This document shows, one piece after another, positions 52,476-64,000 of a stretch of DNA of 64,000 bases. A program made the translations under genes and the position numbers. The DNA is from Felis catus (Eukaryota), in the NCBI RefSeq assembly GCF_018350175.1, contig NC_058369.1, forward strand, positions 16,370,001 through 16,434,000. The letters are read 5' to 3'. Under the pieces are notes generated by a model, which saw only the letters and a program-made list of their open reading frames with translations, did not search any database and was not told the origin of the DNA. Within the stretch, counting starts at the first letter, position 1. Each line of letters opens with the position of its first letter.

Positions 52476-55400
52476 GAGTGTGCGGTCACAACTCAGTGCG
52501 AGCCCAGCTGTCAAGGAGCACGTACCTGGACTGAGTCTGCAACGTGGGGCCGTACATGTGAATGCATATGTGTGTGTGAGGTCAGTCTGTGTGAATAGGG
52601 TGTGAAGGCATGAGTGTGTGCATCAGGCCAATCTGAGTGCACGGGGGACATGCGGGTGCCTGCGTGTGCATGTGGGGGTATATGTGTGTGAATGCACGCA
52701 CGTGTGTGTGCATGGGGGGGGTATGCGTGGCTGTATTCGTGGCCATGTGGAGTGTGTGGGCCACTGTGGTCTGGCATGCTCTGCATAGGGGCCTCTTCCG
52801 GCCTTTGATGGGGAATTGGATTCCCAGCTTCTGGCTGGGCTGCCTTGTGGGATTTATTTCTGTCTCAGTGCCGACCAGAGGCCTGAGTAATGGGAACATT
52901 TAAAGAAAACCAGTAAATACATAGAGAAGGGGCAGGCTGGCCGGGAAACTCTGCCTGGACACCCCTGCCCAGCCCACAGCTGCCAGAGGCCCTGAGGCCA
53001 GGCCTGAGCCGGGGAGGGAAGCAGCCTTAGGACCTAGCACGCACATGCACCCCGTTCTGTGGGTTGCCCACTTCTGCCCACCCAGGCCCATCAGGTGAGG
53101 GCTGTGCTGCCCGGATGGCCCCTGGGACAAAGACAGGCATCTTGGGAGCTTGGCTTCAAACAAGAGATGCTCAGGACCGGCTCAGAGGATGGCAGAGGAT
53201 GCCATGTGAGGTCTGGCCCAGGGGCTAAGGGACCCTGACCTTCCTTCCAGGCGAGTCCCTTTCCCAGCCAGACTATACAGGGTCCACATCCCTGGGTATT
53301 CTGTACATACGGGCCTCACACAGGTGCAGACCCTTCCCCAGGAGGAATGAGGCTGCCTGAGACCTGACAGGGCTGGTGCTGCCCCTAGAGCTGTGGTGCC
53401 TGGTGCCTGGAACCTGAGTAAGGCTGGTGTGGACTGGGGGCCTGGGGTGCTGTTCTCCTAGCGGGCCCCCACAGTTCTGGGCTTCAGGTCGACAGAGCAC
53501 CACTCTTGGGACCATCTTGGACATCAGTCACTTAAATGACATATGCCCTGTGGGAAAGGAAGGACTGCTTTCCCTGGTGGCGAGATGTGCATTACACAAG
53601 ACCCACAGAGCAGCAGGAAAACAGGCTGAGCTGACCCACACTCCCTCTCAGGGGCCCCGGGATGGTGTCTTCTGCTGCCCCCCAGTGGCCACGTGAAGAC
53701 GGGGAAATAAAGGCTGCCCGGAGACTTGTCCACGCAGTCTCCAGGCTGAGTGGACTTGCGGGGCCCTTGAGGCCCCACATCTCACCACTTACGATGCCCC
53801 ACTAATGCCTAGCCAGAGGGCTCTGGGGGAAGCGAGGAATTTCAGACGGGTCTAAGGGAGGGAGTTTGGCTCCCACCACCGGAGGAAGGTCAACTCCTAG
53901 AGGACAGGGTATCATCGGATTCACAGCCATACAATCAGCCCCTGAAATAGTGCCCAGCACCAGGTGGGTACTCAGGGAGCAGATCTGAATCCCCAGATCC
54001 TATAGGGTGGGCGGTCTTGCAGCAGGTCCTGGACATGGCTCAGAGCCCCGCGGAGAGGATGCCTGGATGAAGGCGAGCAGACATCTCACGCTAGAGCCCA
54101 GCAGTGTGAACACTAGCAGTGCTGGTGAGCAGCAGTGTGGAACCCCAACAGGGGATTTGGCCCCAAGGCCAGGCCAACTCCACGGAACTAGATTTGCCCA
54201 AACTGGGTGCCTTCACACTCTTGACTGCAGCCTGCTGGGCTAGGCAGAATCTTCCCTCGTAACTTGAGGGGCTGTGCCTCCCTCTGACCCCGTCGGCTAT
54301 TCCTCACTGTGGTATAGGCCCTGTACCAGCCCCCGGGGACCCATCCCTGCAATCCCAGGTCCAACTTCCTCCCAATCCTCTTGCTGCCCTTCCTACCTAG
54401 AGGCACCAAGCCTGGGTCTCTAAGCCAGCAGGCCTCATCCCCCTGTCCTCTGCTGGGGAAGGGGTGTTGCAGCTCAGGCCCGATAACCTCTCCAGAGATG
54501 ACCCAGCGGCCAGATGTCCTCAAGGATTGCAAGCAGGAGGGGCATGAAGTGTTGGGAGGGCAGTCAGGGCTGTCCTGGGGAGGTACCTGATGAGCTGGGC
54601 AGCAAGGGGCACACCAGGGCTCCCTCCATCCACAGAGGTGGGCACTGCCACCTGTCATTCCCTCAGTCCTGTGATACGGGGGCTGCTGGGGCCCGAGAGC
54701 CCCCAACCTGCCCCTCCAACCAAGGCCAAGATTCACTATGACCAAGTCTGTGGATCCAGAAAACTTGTGTCTTATTTTTAAAGTGCTTCTTAAAAAAAAA
54801 AAAAAAAAATCACACAATTTGTTAACATGTGTTACCATTTTCTTTGTTCACCACTAAAGACATCTTAAAACTTTTCGCCAGAATACAAATTCAGAGGAAG
54901 TTAAAAAAAGATAGTACACCACAGTCCTGTGTACTGTTCACCCGGTCTCCCCTGATGGCTACATCTTCTGAAACTATAGCATAATGTCAAAACCAAAACC
55001 AGGAATCTGACATTGGCACGTGTGTGTACAGTTCCATCCCATTTTACCACATATATAGATTTGCATAATCACCAGTGCGACCAAGAACTATTCTATCACC
55101 ACTAGGCACTCTCTCAAGCTACCCTGTCATATACAGCCATGCTTGCCCCTTACCATTCCTAAACCCTTGCACCCACAAATCTGTTCCCTATGTGTAGGAT
55201 TTTATCACTTCAAGAATATTATAGATAGGGAATTGTACAGCATGTGATTTTTATATGTATAAGATAGATGCATATATGTATATTTCACTCAGCATTAATG
55301 CCCCCGAGATTCATCCAAGCCACTCACTTTTATCAAGTTTGTTGTTCCTTTTTTACTGCTGAGTAGTATTCCATAGTATGGATGCACCAGTTTAACCAGG

Positions 55401-56033
55401 CACCAGGACATTTTGTGGTTGGTTAATTTCTTTTCTTCATAGAATAAAAACTTACTTAATTGTCCATTCCGTTACTCCCCGAAGTACAGGACCAAGTGAA
55501 GTAATGCCTTCATCCACTGCCGTAGGTCAGAAATGTATTACCACATATCCTTATTTCACCCATTTTTGTCTAATATTTTAATTCCAAAATGAAGGATGGG
55601 GAGTTATACTAAGACCTTGATCTTCATCTGATGACTTGGAAACCTCCATTAAACTAGAGATCTGGGCTGTTTTTGTTGTTGTTGTTGTTGTTGTTTTTAA
55701 GTGACATATCCTGGATGGACAACAAATTCAAATGATCTAGCATTCAATAAGCCAATAATACTTGTGAGATTTGGCTTTTTTTCTAGCTTTCGGTGATTAT
55801 AAATAAAGCTGCTATGAACATTTGTGTGGACAGGCTTTATTTCTCTGGAATAAATGCCCAGGCGGAGCGTGGTTACTGGGTTACACAGGAAGTGTATGTT
55901 AGTTTCTTAAGAAACTGCCAAACTGTTTTCCAGAGTAACTGTACCATTTACAGTGCCACCACCAATGTACGAAAGATTCAGCTTCTCTACAGCCTTGTCA
56001 GCATTTGGTATCAGCACTCTTTTTGGAACCTTG

Positions 56034-56125
56034 CTGATGCAGGGCTCGATCGCACAGCTCTGGGATCATGACCTGAGTGAAACCAAGAGTCGGACGCTTA
56101 TCCGGCTGAGCCACCCAGGCGCCCC
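56034..56125 (-). mobile_element. SINEC fragment
   Basis: gggatcatgacctgagtgaaaccaagagtcggacgctta...ccaggcgcccc. Confidence 0.8.
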
Positions 56126-56350
56126 AGCACTTTTTTAGTTAAGCTATCCTAACAGGTGTGTGATGATGGCTCATCATGGCCTTCATTTGCATTTTTCCTT
56201 AATGGCCAATGATGCTCTCCTGTGCTTATCTGCCATTTATATACCCTCTTCCTTCCTTCTGTTGTGAGAGTTCCTTATATATTCTAGATAGGAGTCCTTT
56301 AGCAGATATAGGGTCTGCAATTTAGTCTGTAGCTTTTCATTCTTTTAACA

Positions 56351-56565
56351 TTTTTTTTAAAGTTTTTATTTATTTTTGAGAGAGAGAGGAGAAAAAGAGC
56401 ACAAGGATAGAGGGGCAGAGAGAGAGGGAGACACAGAATGTGAAGCAGGCTCCGGGCTCTGAGCTGTCAGCACAGAGCCCGATGCAGGGCTCGACCCTAC
56501 AATCCATGAGATCACGACCTGACCTGGAGTCGGATGCTTAACGGACTGAGCCACGCAGGCGCCCC
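56351..56565 (-). mobile_element. Felid/carnivore SINEC, antisense
   Basis: T tail, (GA)n tract, ...tgagccacgcaggcgcccc; TTAACA on both flanks. Confidence 0.9.
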
Positions 56566-56789
56566 TTAACAGATTTTGTTGAAATAAAAGCTTTCTGTTT
56601 CAGTTAAATCAAATTTCGATTTTTTTTCTTCATGAATGCGCTTCTGGGTCTCGTGTCTAAGAACTCTTCACCGAGCTCGAGGTCCTGAATGTTTTCTCCT
56701 AAAAGCTTTTATAGTTTTACATTTTATGTTTACACCTATGATCCACTTTAAGTCTTGGAACTTACGTTTTTAAGAATAACCACTGGGCA

Positions 56790-57007
56790 GGGGCGCCTGG
56801 GTGGCGCAGTCGGTTAAGCGTCCGACTTCAGCCAGGTCACGATCTCGCGGTCCGTGAGTTCGAGCCCCGCATCAGGCTCTGGGCTGATGGCTCAGAGCCT
56901 GGAGCCTGTTTCCGATTCTGTGTCTCCCTCTCTCTCTGCCCCTCACCTGTTCATGCTCTGTCTCTCTCTGTCCCAAAAATAAATAAGCGTTGAAAAAAAA
57001 ATTTAAA
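56790..57007 (+). mobile_element. Young felid SINE (SINEC_Fc-like) with 17 bp TSD
   Basis: Nearly identical to the copy at 1423; TSD AAGAATAACCACTGGGC at 56772-56788 and 57008-57024. Confidence 0.93.
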
Positions 57008-57134
57008 AAGAATAACCACTGGGCTTTAGGTTGGGGCTTTCTTCGGCATGTGGGGATCCAATCGCTCCAGCACCATTTGCTGAAGAGTATCTTGCCTCTA
57101 CTGAGCTCGTTTTGCACCTCTGTTAAAAATTAGT

Positions 57135-57330
57135 GGGGCATCTGGGTGGCTCAGCCGGTTAAGCATCTGACTTCGGCTCGGGTCATGATCTCACGGTTCC
57201 TGGGTTCGAGCCCCATGTGGGGCTCCATGCTGACAGTGCAGAGCCTGCTTGGGATTCTCTCTCTCCCTCTCTTTCTGTCCCTCCCCCGAGCACACATGCT
57301 CTCTCAAAATAAGTAAACTTAAAAAAAAAA
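57135..57330 (+). mobile_element. Carnivore SINEC
   Basis: ggggcatctgggtggctcagccggttaag head, CT tract, A tail. Confidence 0.88.
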
Positions 57331-57739
57331 GCAAATCAGTCAGCTGTTACTTGTTTGGGGCTACTTGAGTTCCCTACTCTTTCCCACTGTTCTCTGTGCC
57401 TATCTTTCCACCAACACCACCATCTTGATTACAGGGTTTTTTTAAGTCAGGAATTCAATATCCTTAGTATAGAGCTATGCAAATTATTTCGTCTTGGGTG
57501 AGCTGTGGTAGTTTGTGCTTTTCAAGGAATTGGTCCATTTCAGCAACTTTTCAAATTGATGTGGATATTTACAGTATCCCCTTATTGTCTCTTTGAGGTG
57601 TATGGGGTCGGTAGTGACAGCCTTGCTGCCTTCTGAATATTCGTAACTTGTGTCTTCGTCAGTCTTGCTGGAGGTTAGTCAATTATTGATTTTTGCAATG
57701 TTTACCAGTTTCTTTGCTTACCACTTCTTCCTGCATCCT

Positions 57740-58110
57740 GTGGCAGGCACTGCTGGCTGCCTTCCCAGGACTCTTTCTACCCTTCTTCTTTTCTCATGGA
57801 ACCTCAATTCCAATCACGGTGGCAATGTGCCCAGCTTAAAATACCCTCACTCCCCACATGTCTGCAGTTCGGGCTGGATCGGACATGGTAATGGCTGGTG
57901 GATGTGAAGGCGAGCCTGGTGGACTGGGCTTGAAGCCACCGTTTCCTTAGTTGGCTTGCCCCTTGCCCTTCCCCCTCCTGCCCGTAGTTGCAACCCGGTG
58001 GTGCAAAGACTCCTAGGGGAGCTAAGGACGGCAGCTGGGGAGACAACGGGGAACCATGTCCCTGGAGCCACCGCATCCCCATGGACTTAACACAAGAACA
58101 GCAAAGCCTC
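57740..58110. mobile_element. Possible MaLR (MLT1-like) LTR remnant
   Basis: tgtggcaggcactgctggctgcc start resembles MLT1 termini; weak. Confidence 0.4.
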
Positions 58111-58498
58111 CTGGTTGAAGATCCTGTGTGTGAGTGTCCACCAGATGTAGTCCCGATTCTCTCCTGCTCTCCCAGCTCCTACCATGCTTCCTCTCACTAC
58201 AGAGCGTTCCTTTCGAGTTCTTCCAGCAAAGATCTGTGCAGAGTAAACACTTGGTATCGGAAGCCCGAAAATGTCTGTCTGGTGCTATGTCCGATAATTA
58301 AGCAGCTGGACATTTGTTTCCTCAGCACTCAGGAAAATCTTGTCTTGTAGTATCTACTACTGATGAAAACACAATGCATTCATTCATAGGTTGTTTTATC
58401 TTCCATGTGCTTGTATGATTTTTCTCTTTACCCCCAGTGTTCTAACCCAGACCGTTGTAGTGAAATTGCAGACGTGGTCATTAAAAAATTGCACTTCA

Positions 58499-58849
58499 GG
58501 GGTGCCTGCGTGGCTCAGGTGGTTGAGCGTTCGACCCTTGATCTCAGCTCAGGTCTTGATCTCAGGGGGAGTTCAAGCCCCTTACGGGGCTCCAAGCTGG
58601 GCATGGAGCCTACTTAAAAAAAGAAAAAAATTGGGGTGCCTGGGTGACTCAGTCGGTTAAGCGTCTGACTGATCTTGCAGTTCATGAGTTCAAGCCCCGC
58701 GTCCGGCTCTGTGCTGACAGCTCAGAACCTGGAGCCTGCTTCCGATTCTGTGTCTCCCTCTCCCTCTGCCCCTCCTCTGATCACACTCTGTCCCTCTCTC
58801 TCTTTCTCAAAAAATAAACAGTAAAAAAAAAAAAAAAAAAAAAAAAAAA
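58499..58849 (+). mobile_element. Two tandem SINEC copies (58499-58630 and 58633-58849)
   Basis: Two GGGGTGCCTG heads, each followed by an A tail. Confidence 0.88.
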
Positions 58850-60089
58850 TTCCATTTCACACTTACCGAGTAATTTGGTTGTGAATTCTGGAGACCTCTC
58901 TCCTTAAACAAATATGCATGGAACACACAGAATATATACCAACAAAGTATATAAAATGAACGGATAGAGAATAAAACGAATTCCTGCCACTCAAGCCAAG
59001 TTAAAGAACATTATCAATACCTCAGAGGGCTCCTTCCCGGAGTGAAGTGCAAGCCTAGTGTTGAGGACTGTCACCTTGCTTTTCTGCACCCACTTTATCC
59101 TCCGTACGCGTATCCTTAGAGAGTCTATTGTTTCACTGCCTGTTATGTAACACCACAGAAGTGGCTCATACTCTCTTTCTTCTGGGACATGACATCGCAT
59201 GTGGCTGTAGCTCACTTCATTGCCAGAGTCTTCCACCGGACGAATCACAGCTTATTACACGTGTGTTTCAATGTGGTGGATGTGTGCACACGCGCTGTGA
59301 TGAATGACGCTCCTGCAAGCGTCGCACCCGTGCCGAGGTCCCCCAGGACACTACTTCTGGAATTGCTGCTCACAGCTTGTACACGCATTCCGCTTCTCCA
59401 AAGTGGTCGCGCCCTTTGGGCGGCAAGTGACAGCCCCAGTGCTGCACAGCACATTCACATAGCTAATACCACTTCTGTCCGAACGTCTGATGTTACCCCA
59501 GCTACCTTTGTTGGTTCTGGGCTTGATAGAGCTTTTCTAATCCCTTCACTTTCCATCTTTCTCTGAGTTTAGGTTTGGGTTTAAGCTTTTTTTTTAAACA
59601 GCATCAGACTGAGTTTAAAAAAATAAGGTGGTTTAGTACACTGATGTATTTTGGATTAATTTACTTGTCCCACTTTTCTCTCTTGGCCTTCTTTTGGGTA
59701 GTTTGTTTTGTTTTGTTTTGTTTTTTTACAACTGCTTTGGAAGTGGTACACTCTTTTTCTATTGTTAGGGTCACTGCAGAAATGTCAGCCTGCCTGTGTA
59801 GCAGAGTCTGAGTCTTTTGCTTCTTCACCCGTGGGCTTCGTAGAGAGCTGTAATTCCAATCAAGAGTATGTACCTACCACTGCTGTTACATGTTCTCGTA
59901 GCCCTTGTCTTACTTTCACTCCATGGAACATTCTCATTTTATAACCTATTTAGAGTTCCACCTTCTTTCTCTTTGTTCCTACTTCTAGCTCAGATTTTCC
60001 ATCTGGGATCCAGTCTCATTTCAATCTGAAGACATCCTGTAGAACTTTTTTTTTTTTTTTAAGAATGCTTATTTATTTCATTTTTAGTT

Positions 60090-60301
60090 TTTTTTTTTTT
60101 AACATTTATTCATTTTTGAGAGAGAGACAGAGAGCATGGGCAGGGGAGGGGCAGAGAGAGTGGGACACCCAGAATCAGACACAGGCTCCAGGCTCTGAGA
60201 TGTCAGCATAAAGCCCAACACGGGGCTCAAACTCACAGACCACGAAATCATGACCTGAGCTGAAGCTGGACGATTAACTGCCTGAGCTGCCCAGGCACCC
60301 C
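60090..60301 (-). mobile_element. SINEC, antisense
   Basis: tttaacatttattcatttttgagagagagacagag...gcccaggcaccc. Confidence 0.88.
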
Positions 60302-60729
60302 TATTTAATTTTTTAACAACAGCTTGAGATATAATATACACCTCATACAATTTGCCCATTGCTAGTGTATAATTCAATGGCTGTTAGTGTATTTCCAGAT
60401 GTGTGCAACCACCATAATCCACCGTAGAATATTTCCATTACCCCTAAAATCGATTTTTTTTTTCATGAGGGTCTGCTGGTAATAGATGCTCTGGGCTTGC
60501 TTGTCTGAAACTATCTTGTACTTGTAAGATATTTTCTCTGGGTATAGAATTTTAAGTTGACAATTTCTTTTCGTCCAGTTAACACTGATACCAGAAGGTA
60601 TCTCCCCAGTTAACCCTGGTTGTGGTTGAGACATCTGCTGTCTTGCTCATTAAAAGGGAATAAATCTTTTCTAATTTTAACATCATTTCTGCTCTTTTCA
60701 TTCTGCCAACTTATTGCACTGTGTCTGGG

Positions 60730-61245
60730 TATGCAGTGGTTTTAAAATACATCCACAGATCCTTAGACCTCCCTTCCAGAGGTGGAACTAATTCTCCTTG
60801 AGTGTGGTCTGGATGTCGTGACTTGCTCCTCACAATATAATGTGGCAGCACCTCACTTCCAAGACCAGGTCATAAAAGGCTCTAAAGCTTCCACTTGCCT
60901 CTGTCTTGGCTCGCTCACTCTGGGGAAAACCAGTTGCCACAGCACGCAAACACGCAGGCAAGCCTGCCAGAGAGATCCATGTGGCAAGGACTTGTGCACA
61001 TGGCATGCTTCCGTGAGCCTTCCTGGGAGTGGAAGCCATCACGAAAGCATACCCCCCAGCCTCGGCCAAACTTTTGGGTGGCTACAGCTCTGGGGGAATG
61101 TCTTGACTGCAACCTTAAAGAGACCCCAAGCTGGAACTACCCAGGTGAGCTACTCCTGCATTCCAGACCCACAGAAACCGTCCAGTAGTAAAGGTTTGTT
61201 TCAAGCCACTGGGTTTTGATTGTAATTTGTATACAGTGATGGAGG
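60730..61245 (+). mobile_element. MaLR (MLT1-like) solo LTR
   Basis: cccttccagaggtggaa...caagaccaggtcataaaagg...ttcaagccactgggttttg...gtaatttgtatacag; subfamily uncertain. Confidence 0.65.
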
Positions 61246-62758
61246 ATTGATCCAAGAAAACATTTTAAGTAAACGTGCCTACTGAGCTTTAACACACATA
61301 CAAAAAGCATACAGATCATATGTGTGTGGTTCGACGAATAGTCATAAAGTGAATATACCTAATTAATCACCATCCACATCAAGAGATGGGACATCTCAGT
61401 GTTGGTTTCTTTTTTCTGCCCTGCTTGAGATTTGCTGGCCTCGCTGAATCCGTGGACTGGTGATTTTGAAAAGTTCACAGTCATTTAAAAAAAGTGTTTC
61501 CTCCACTCCATTTTTGTATTTTTTTCCTCTCCTGGGACTCCGATCACACATCATGTCGGCTCTTCCTACTCTGTCCTCCATCTCTCTTAGCTTCTTGTTT
61601 TAGGTTTTATCAATCTGTTTATCCTGCTACATTCTGGAAGACCTCTTCAGGCCTAGCTTCCTGTACATGAACCGCTTCTTTAGTTCTAATTCACAGATGC
61701 AGGGCTTTTAACTGCTATAATAATTTTTATTTCCAGAACATCACTTTGGTTTTTGGCAAATCAGTTCCTATTTTCAAGCCTGTCTTTTAATTCTTGCATC
61801 ATTTTTAAACATTTAAATCATCTACCTGGTCATTCTAATGTATGAATCCTTTGCAAGTCTGATTCTACCACATCCCTGCCCATGTCCTTTGCTTCTTGTG
61901 CCTTGTTGCCTAGTAGATTTGGTGGGTGACCTTTTCCAGAAGCTGCTCACTTTTCCTGAACTTTATCAACAGGCGTTCGTTAAGGACTGCAATGAATCAA
62001 GGTTCATTCAGGTAGGATTTGCATTTCTACCAAGCATCTGAGACCACCACATTCTGGAGCCATTTATATTCTTGGCTGGAGGTTTCTCATGAGCAAACCC
62101 ACACGAGGGCCAGCTCAGTTCTCAAGGGAGACCTTTTTTCAGTTCAGTCAGCGGCAAGGTTCAGTTTTCCTTTGGGATGCCAAGACAGCAGATTTATTAT
62201 TCGTTCACAGAGGGAGCTGCCCTTGGGGGCCCCAGCTTTCTGGAGGGCTCTCCTACCAGGCCCCTCATTTATGCACAGCATTGCGTTATCTTAGCCCCAG
62301 GCACCAAGGACCCCAAAAACCAAGACTGGTTTCAGCTGGTTTGTTACATATCTTCAAGGCAAAGGTCAGGCTTCAGCATTCTGCTGCTTCTCTTACCTAC
62401 TTGCTTGAGTGTTCCTGACTTTCTTGCCAGATCAGTGATGCATTTAAAAAGTATTTGTTGTAATGACTTATTTACCTAGTGTTTTTAGCTGTTTGCAAAG
62501 GGAGGATCACTTCAGGCAACTATTCTACTGTGATGCCAGAAACAGACGTGGTCAGCCATTCCTTCTTCAAGTACCTTCTGTCTCCAGGTTTCTTTTCTCC
62601 ATCTCCTGTCCACTAAAGGCCATCGAGCAGTACGTCAAGGTTCTCAACCCGCCCTCTCCCTCTTCTTTCTCTCTCTCTGCCACCTTTTAGAGCTTCAGCT
62701 TTCCCTTCCAATTTATCAATTCCTTCTTTGTTATTATTAGTTCCTCCAGTGAGTTGCT

Positions 62759-62760
<2 letters not shown>

Positions 62761-62799
<39 letters not shown>

Positions 62800-62802
62800 C
62801 GC
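62761..62802. repeat. (GT)15(GC)6 alternating purine-pyrimidine tract
   Basis: Direct reading. Confidence 0.95.
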
Positions 62803-64000
62803 TGCTTATTTTCATAAACATTCTTTGTTTCCAAGATTTCTAAACAGATCTTCCTCATGCCTAATCCCTGTTCCTGAGACATGGGGCTCAGTCCCTCTTT
62901 TATCTCTGTGGTAATAAAACAAACACTCATTTTAAAAGCCTGTTAGGATGTAACTGTTTCAGCTTCCTTGGGTGTAAATTCTTCCACATGTTGGGATGGT
63001 AGCCATTCTTCAAGGTGTTGGGATTTTCTCACATATTTTGTAATGTGAGTCTAAGTGCCCATCGTGTGTGATGGTTTTTGTTCTCCTCTCTCTCTCTGCC
63101 TGGCAGTTTTCTATAGGCATAGAGAGCTGTAAATGCAGAAGGAAACTTCTCATCAGCACTCGGGGCTCTTGTTCTGTGGGGCTGGCCACACTCTAGTCCT
63201 GGTGGAAAGCTAGCCGCCAGTCACCACGTGTGAGTCTCACACTGTCACGGACGAGCACCCCACTTCCTACAGCAGTCCTGGGCCAGGGACACCTTCTTAT
63301 CCTTTATTCCCAGGAAGGGAAGCACAGCTCCAGACGCTGCTTTGCAGAAGGAGTGTGGCTTTAGACCTGACACCTGTGGGCATGTCTAACCCCCACTGGT
63401 GTGGGAACCAGAGTGCTGGGTTGCCCACTGCTCAGCCAGCCACCTGCCACTTTAGCCCTATCATCCCTGCAAGTTTCTGCTCCCTTTCTGCACAAATTAC
63501 CTTCCTCGGGTAGTTGCGTACTTTTAGCTGAAAGCATTTACTTTTTTGTATGAGCATGCCGGTCTCTGTGTGCACACACTCACTCCACCACTATGACCTG
63601 GGTCCTCGGCACTGTCTGCCAGAGCCAGGCCATGTGTTCCTCCGACTGAGCACAGAGGGGATGACACCCTGGAATGACACAGGGCGGGGGTGGGAGGCTC
63701 AAGGGGAAACCCTGAAGGAGACTCAAGAGTGTAATCATTCTGGTCATGAAATTCTAGCTGGCCACAGGTACTTGGACTCGGGAGTTGTGGCCAGCCAGTC
63801 ACTCTGGAGAGTCAGCTCCAGAGAAGGCTCACGGTCCTAATGCCAGGACCCTGGGGACCCAGGGTCCATGACCACACTCAAAACCAAAGCTATGATACCC
63901 TAGTCTATATGAGCCACCCTCCCCAATACAGGGGCCCTGTCCCAGAGAAGCCACAGTCTAGCTCCAACTGTGTTGTGGGGAGAAGGGCTGCTTGGGGTTG

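Larger units (their letters stand above)
54880..57720 (-). mobile_element. Old L1 fragments hosting several SINE insertions
   Basis: gctgagtagtattccatagtatggatg, aataaagctgctatgaacatttgtgt and ccagcaccatttgctgaagag are typical antisense L1 text. Confidence 0.8.

Noticed and set aside
59000..64000. Possible 3' exons of the next syntenic gene (CCDC12 in human)
   Set aside because: No recognisable coding exon; region is mostly repeat-derived, so the gene probably lies beyond the window

Overview
GC-rich mammalian genomic DNA from a felid, most likely domestic cat, judged from the young SINEC_Fc-type carnivore SINEs. It holds two complete, well-known genes transcribed divergently. MYL3 (ventricular/slow-skeletal essential myosin light chain) lies on the minus strand: 6 coding exons plus a non-coding last exon, 196 aa, about 3720-9155. 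PTH1R (PTH/PTHrP class B GPCR) lies on the plus strand: 14 coding exons, 590 aa, ATG at 27719, stop at 47830, with candidate upstream non-coding exons near 22950-23052, 25274-25329 and 26430-26631 and a large CpG island. All coding exons were rebuilt by hand with GT-AG boundaries and give intact reading frames. Both ends of the window are repeat-rich (L1, SINEC, MIR, L2, MaLR-like LTR, hAT-like element). I see no evidence for a new gene or a wholly new biological system; almost all other listed ORFs are GC-rich or repeat-derived noise. The items most worth following up are regulatory: a MIR-derived PTH1R leader exon carrying a uATG, uORFs in every predicted PTH1R leader, composite nuclear-receptor elements (DR1-DR5-DR1, plus an intronic DR2/DR1 cluster), an HNF4/HNF1-like module, convergent CTCF-like motifs, a PTH1R 3' end lacking AATAAA, and an unidentified ~350 bp insert inside an L1. 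Motif and repeat calls were made by eye and need confirmation.
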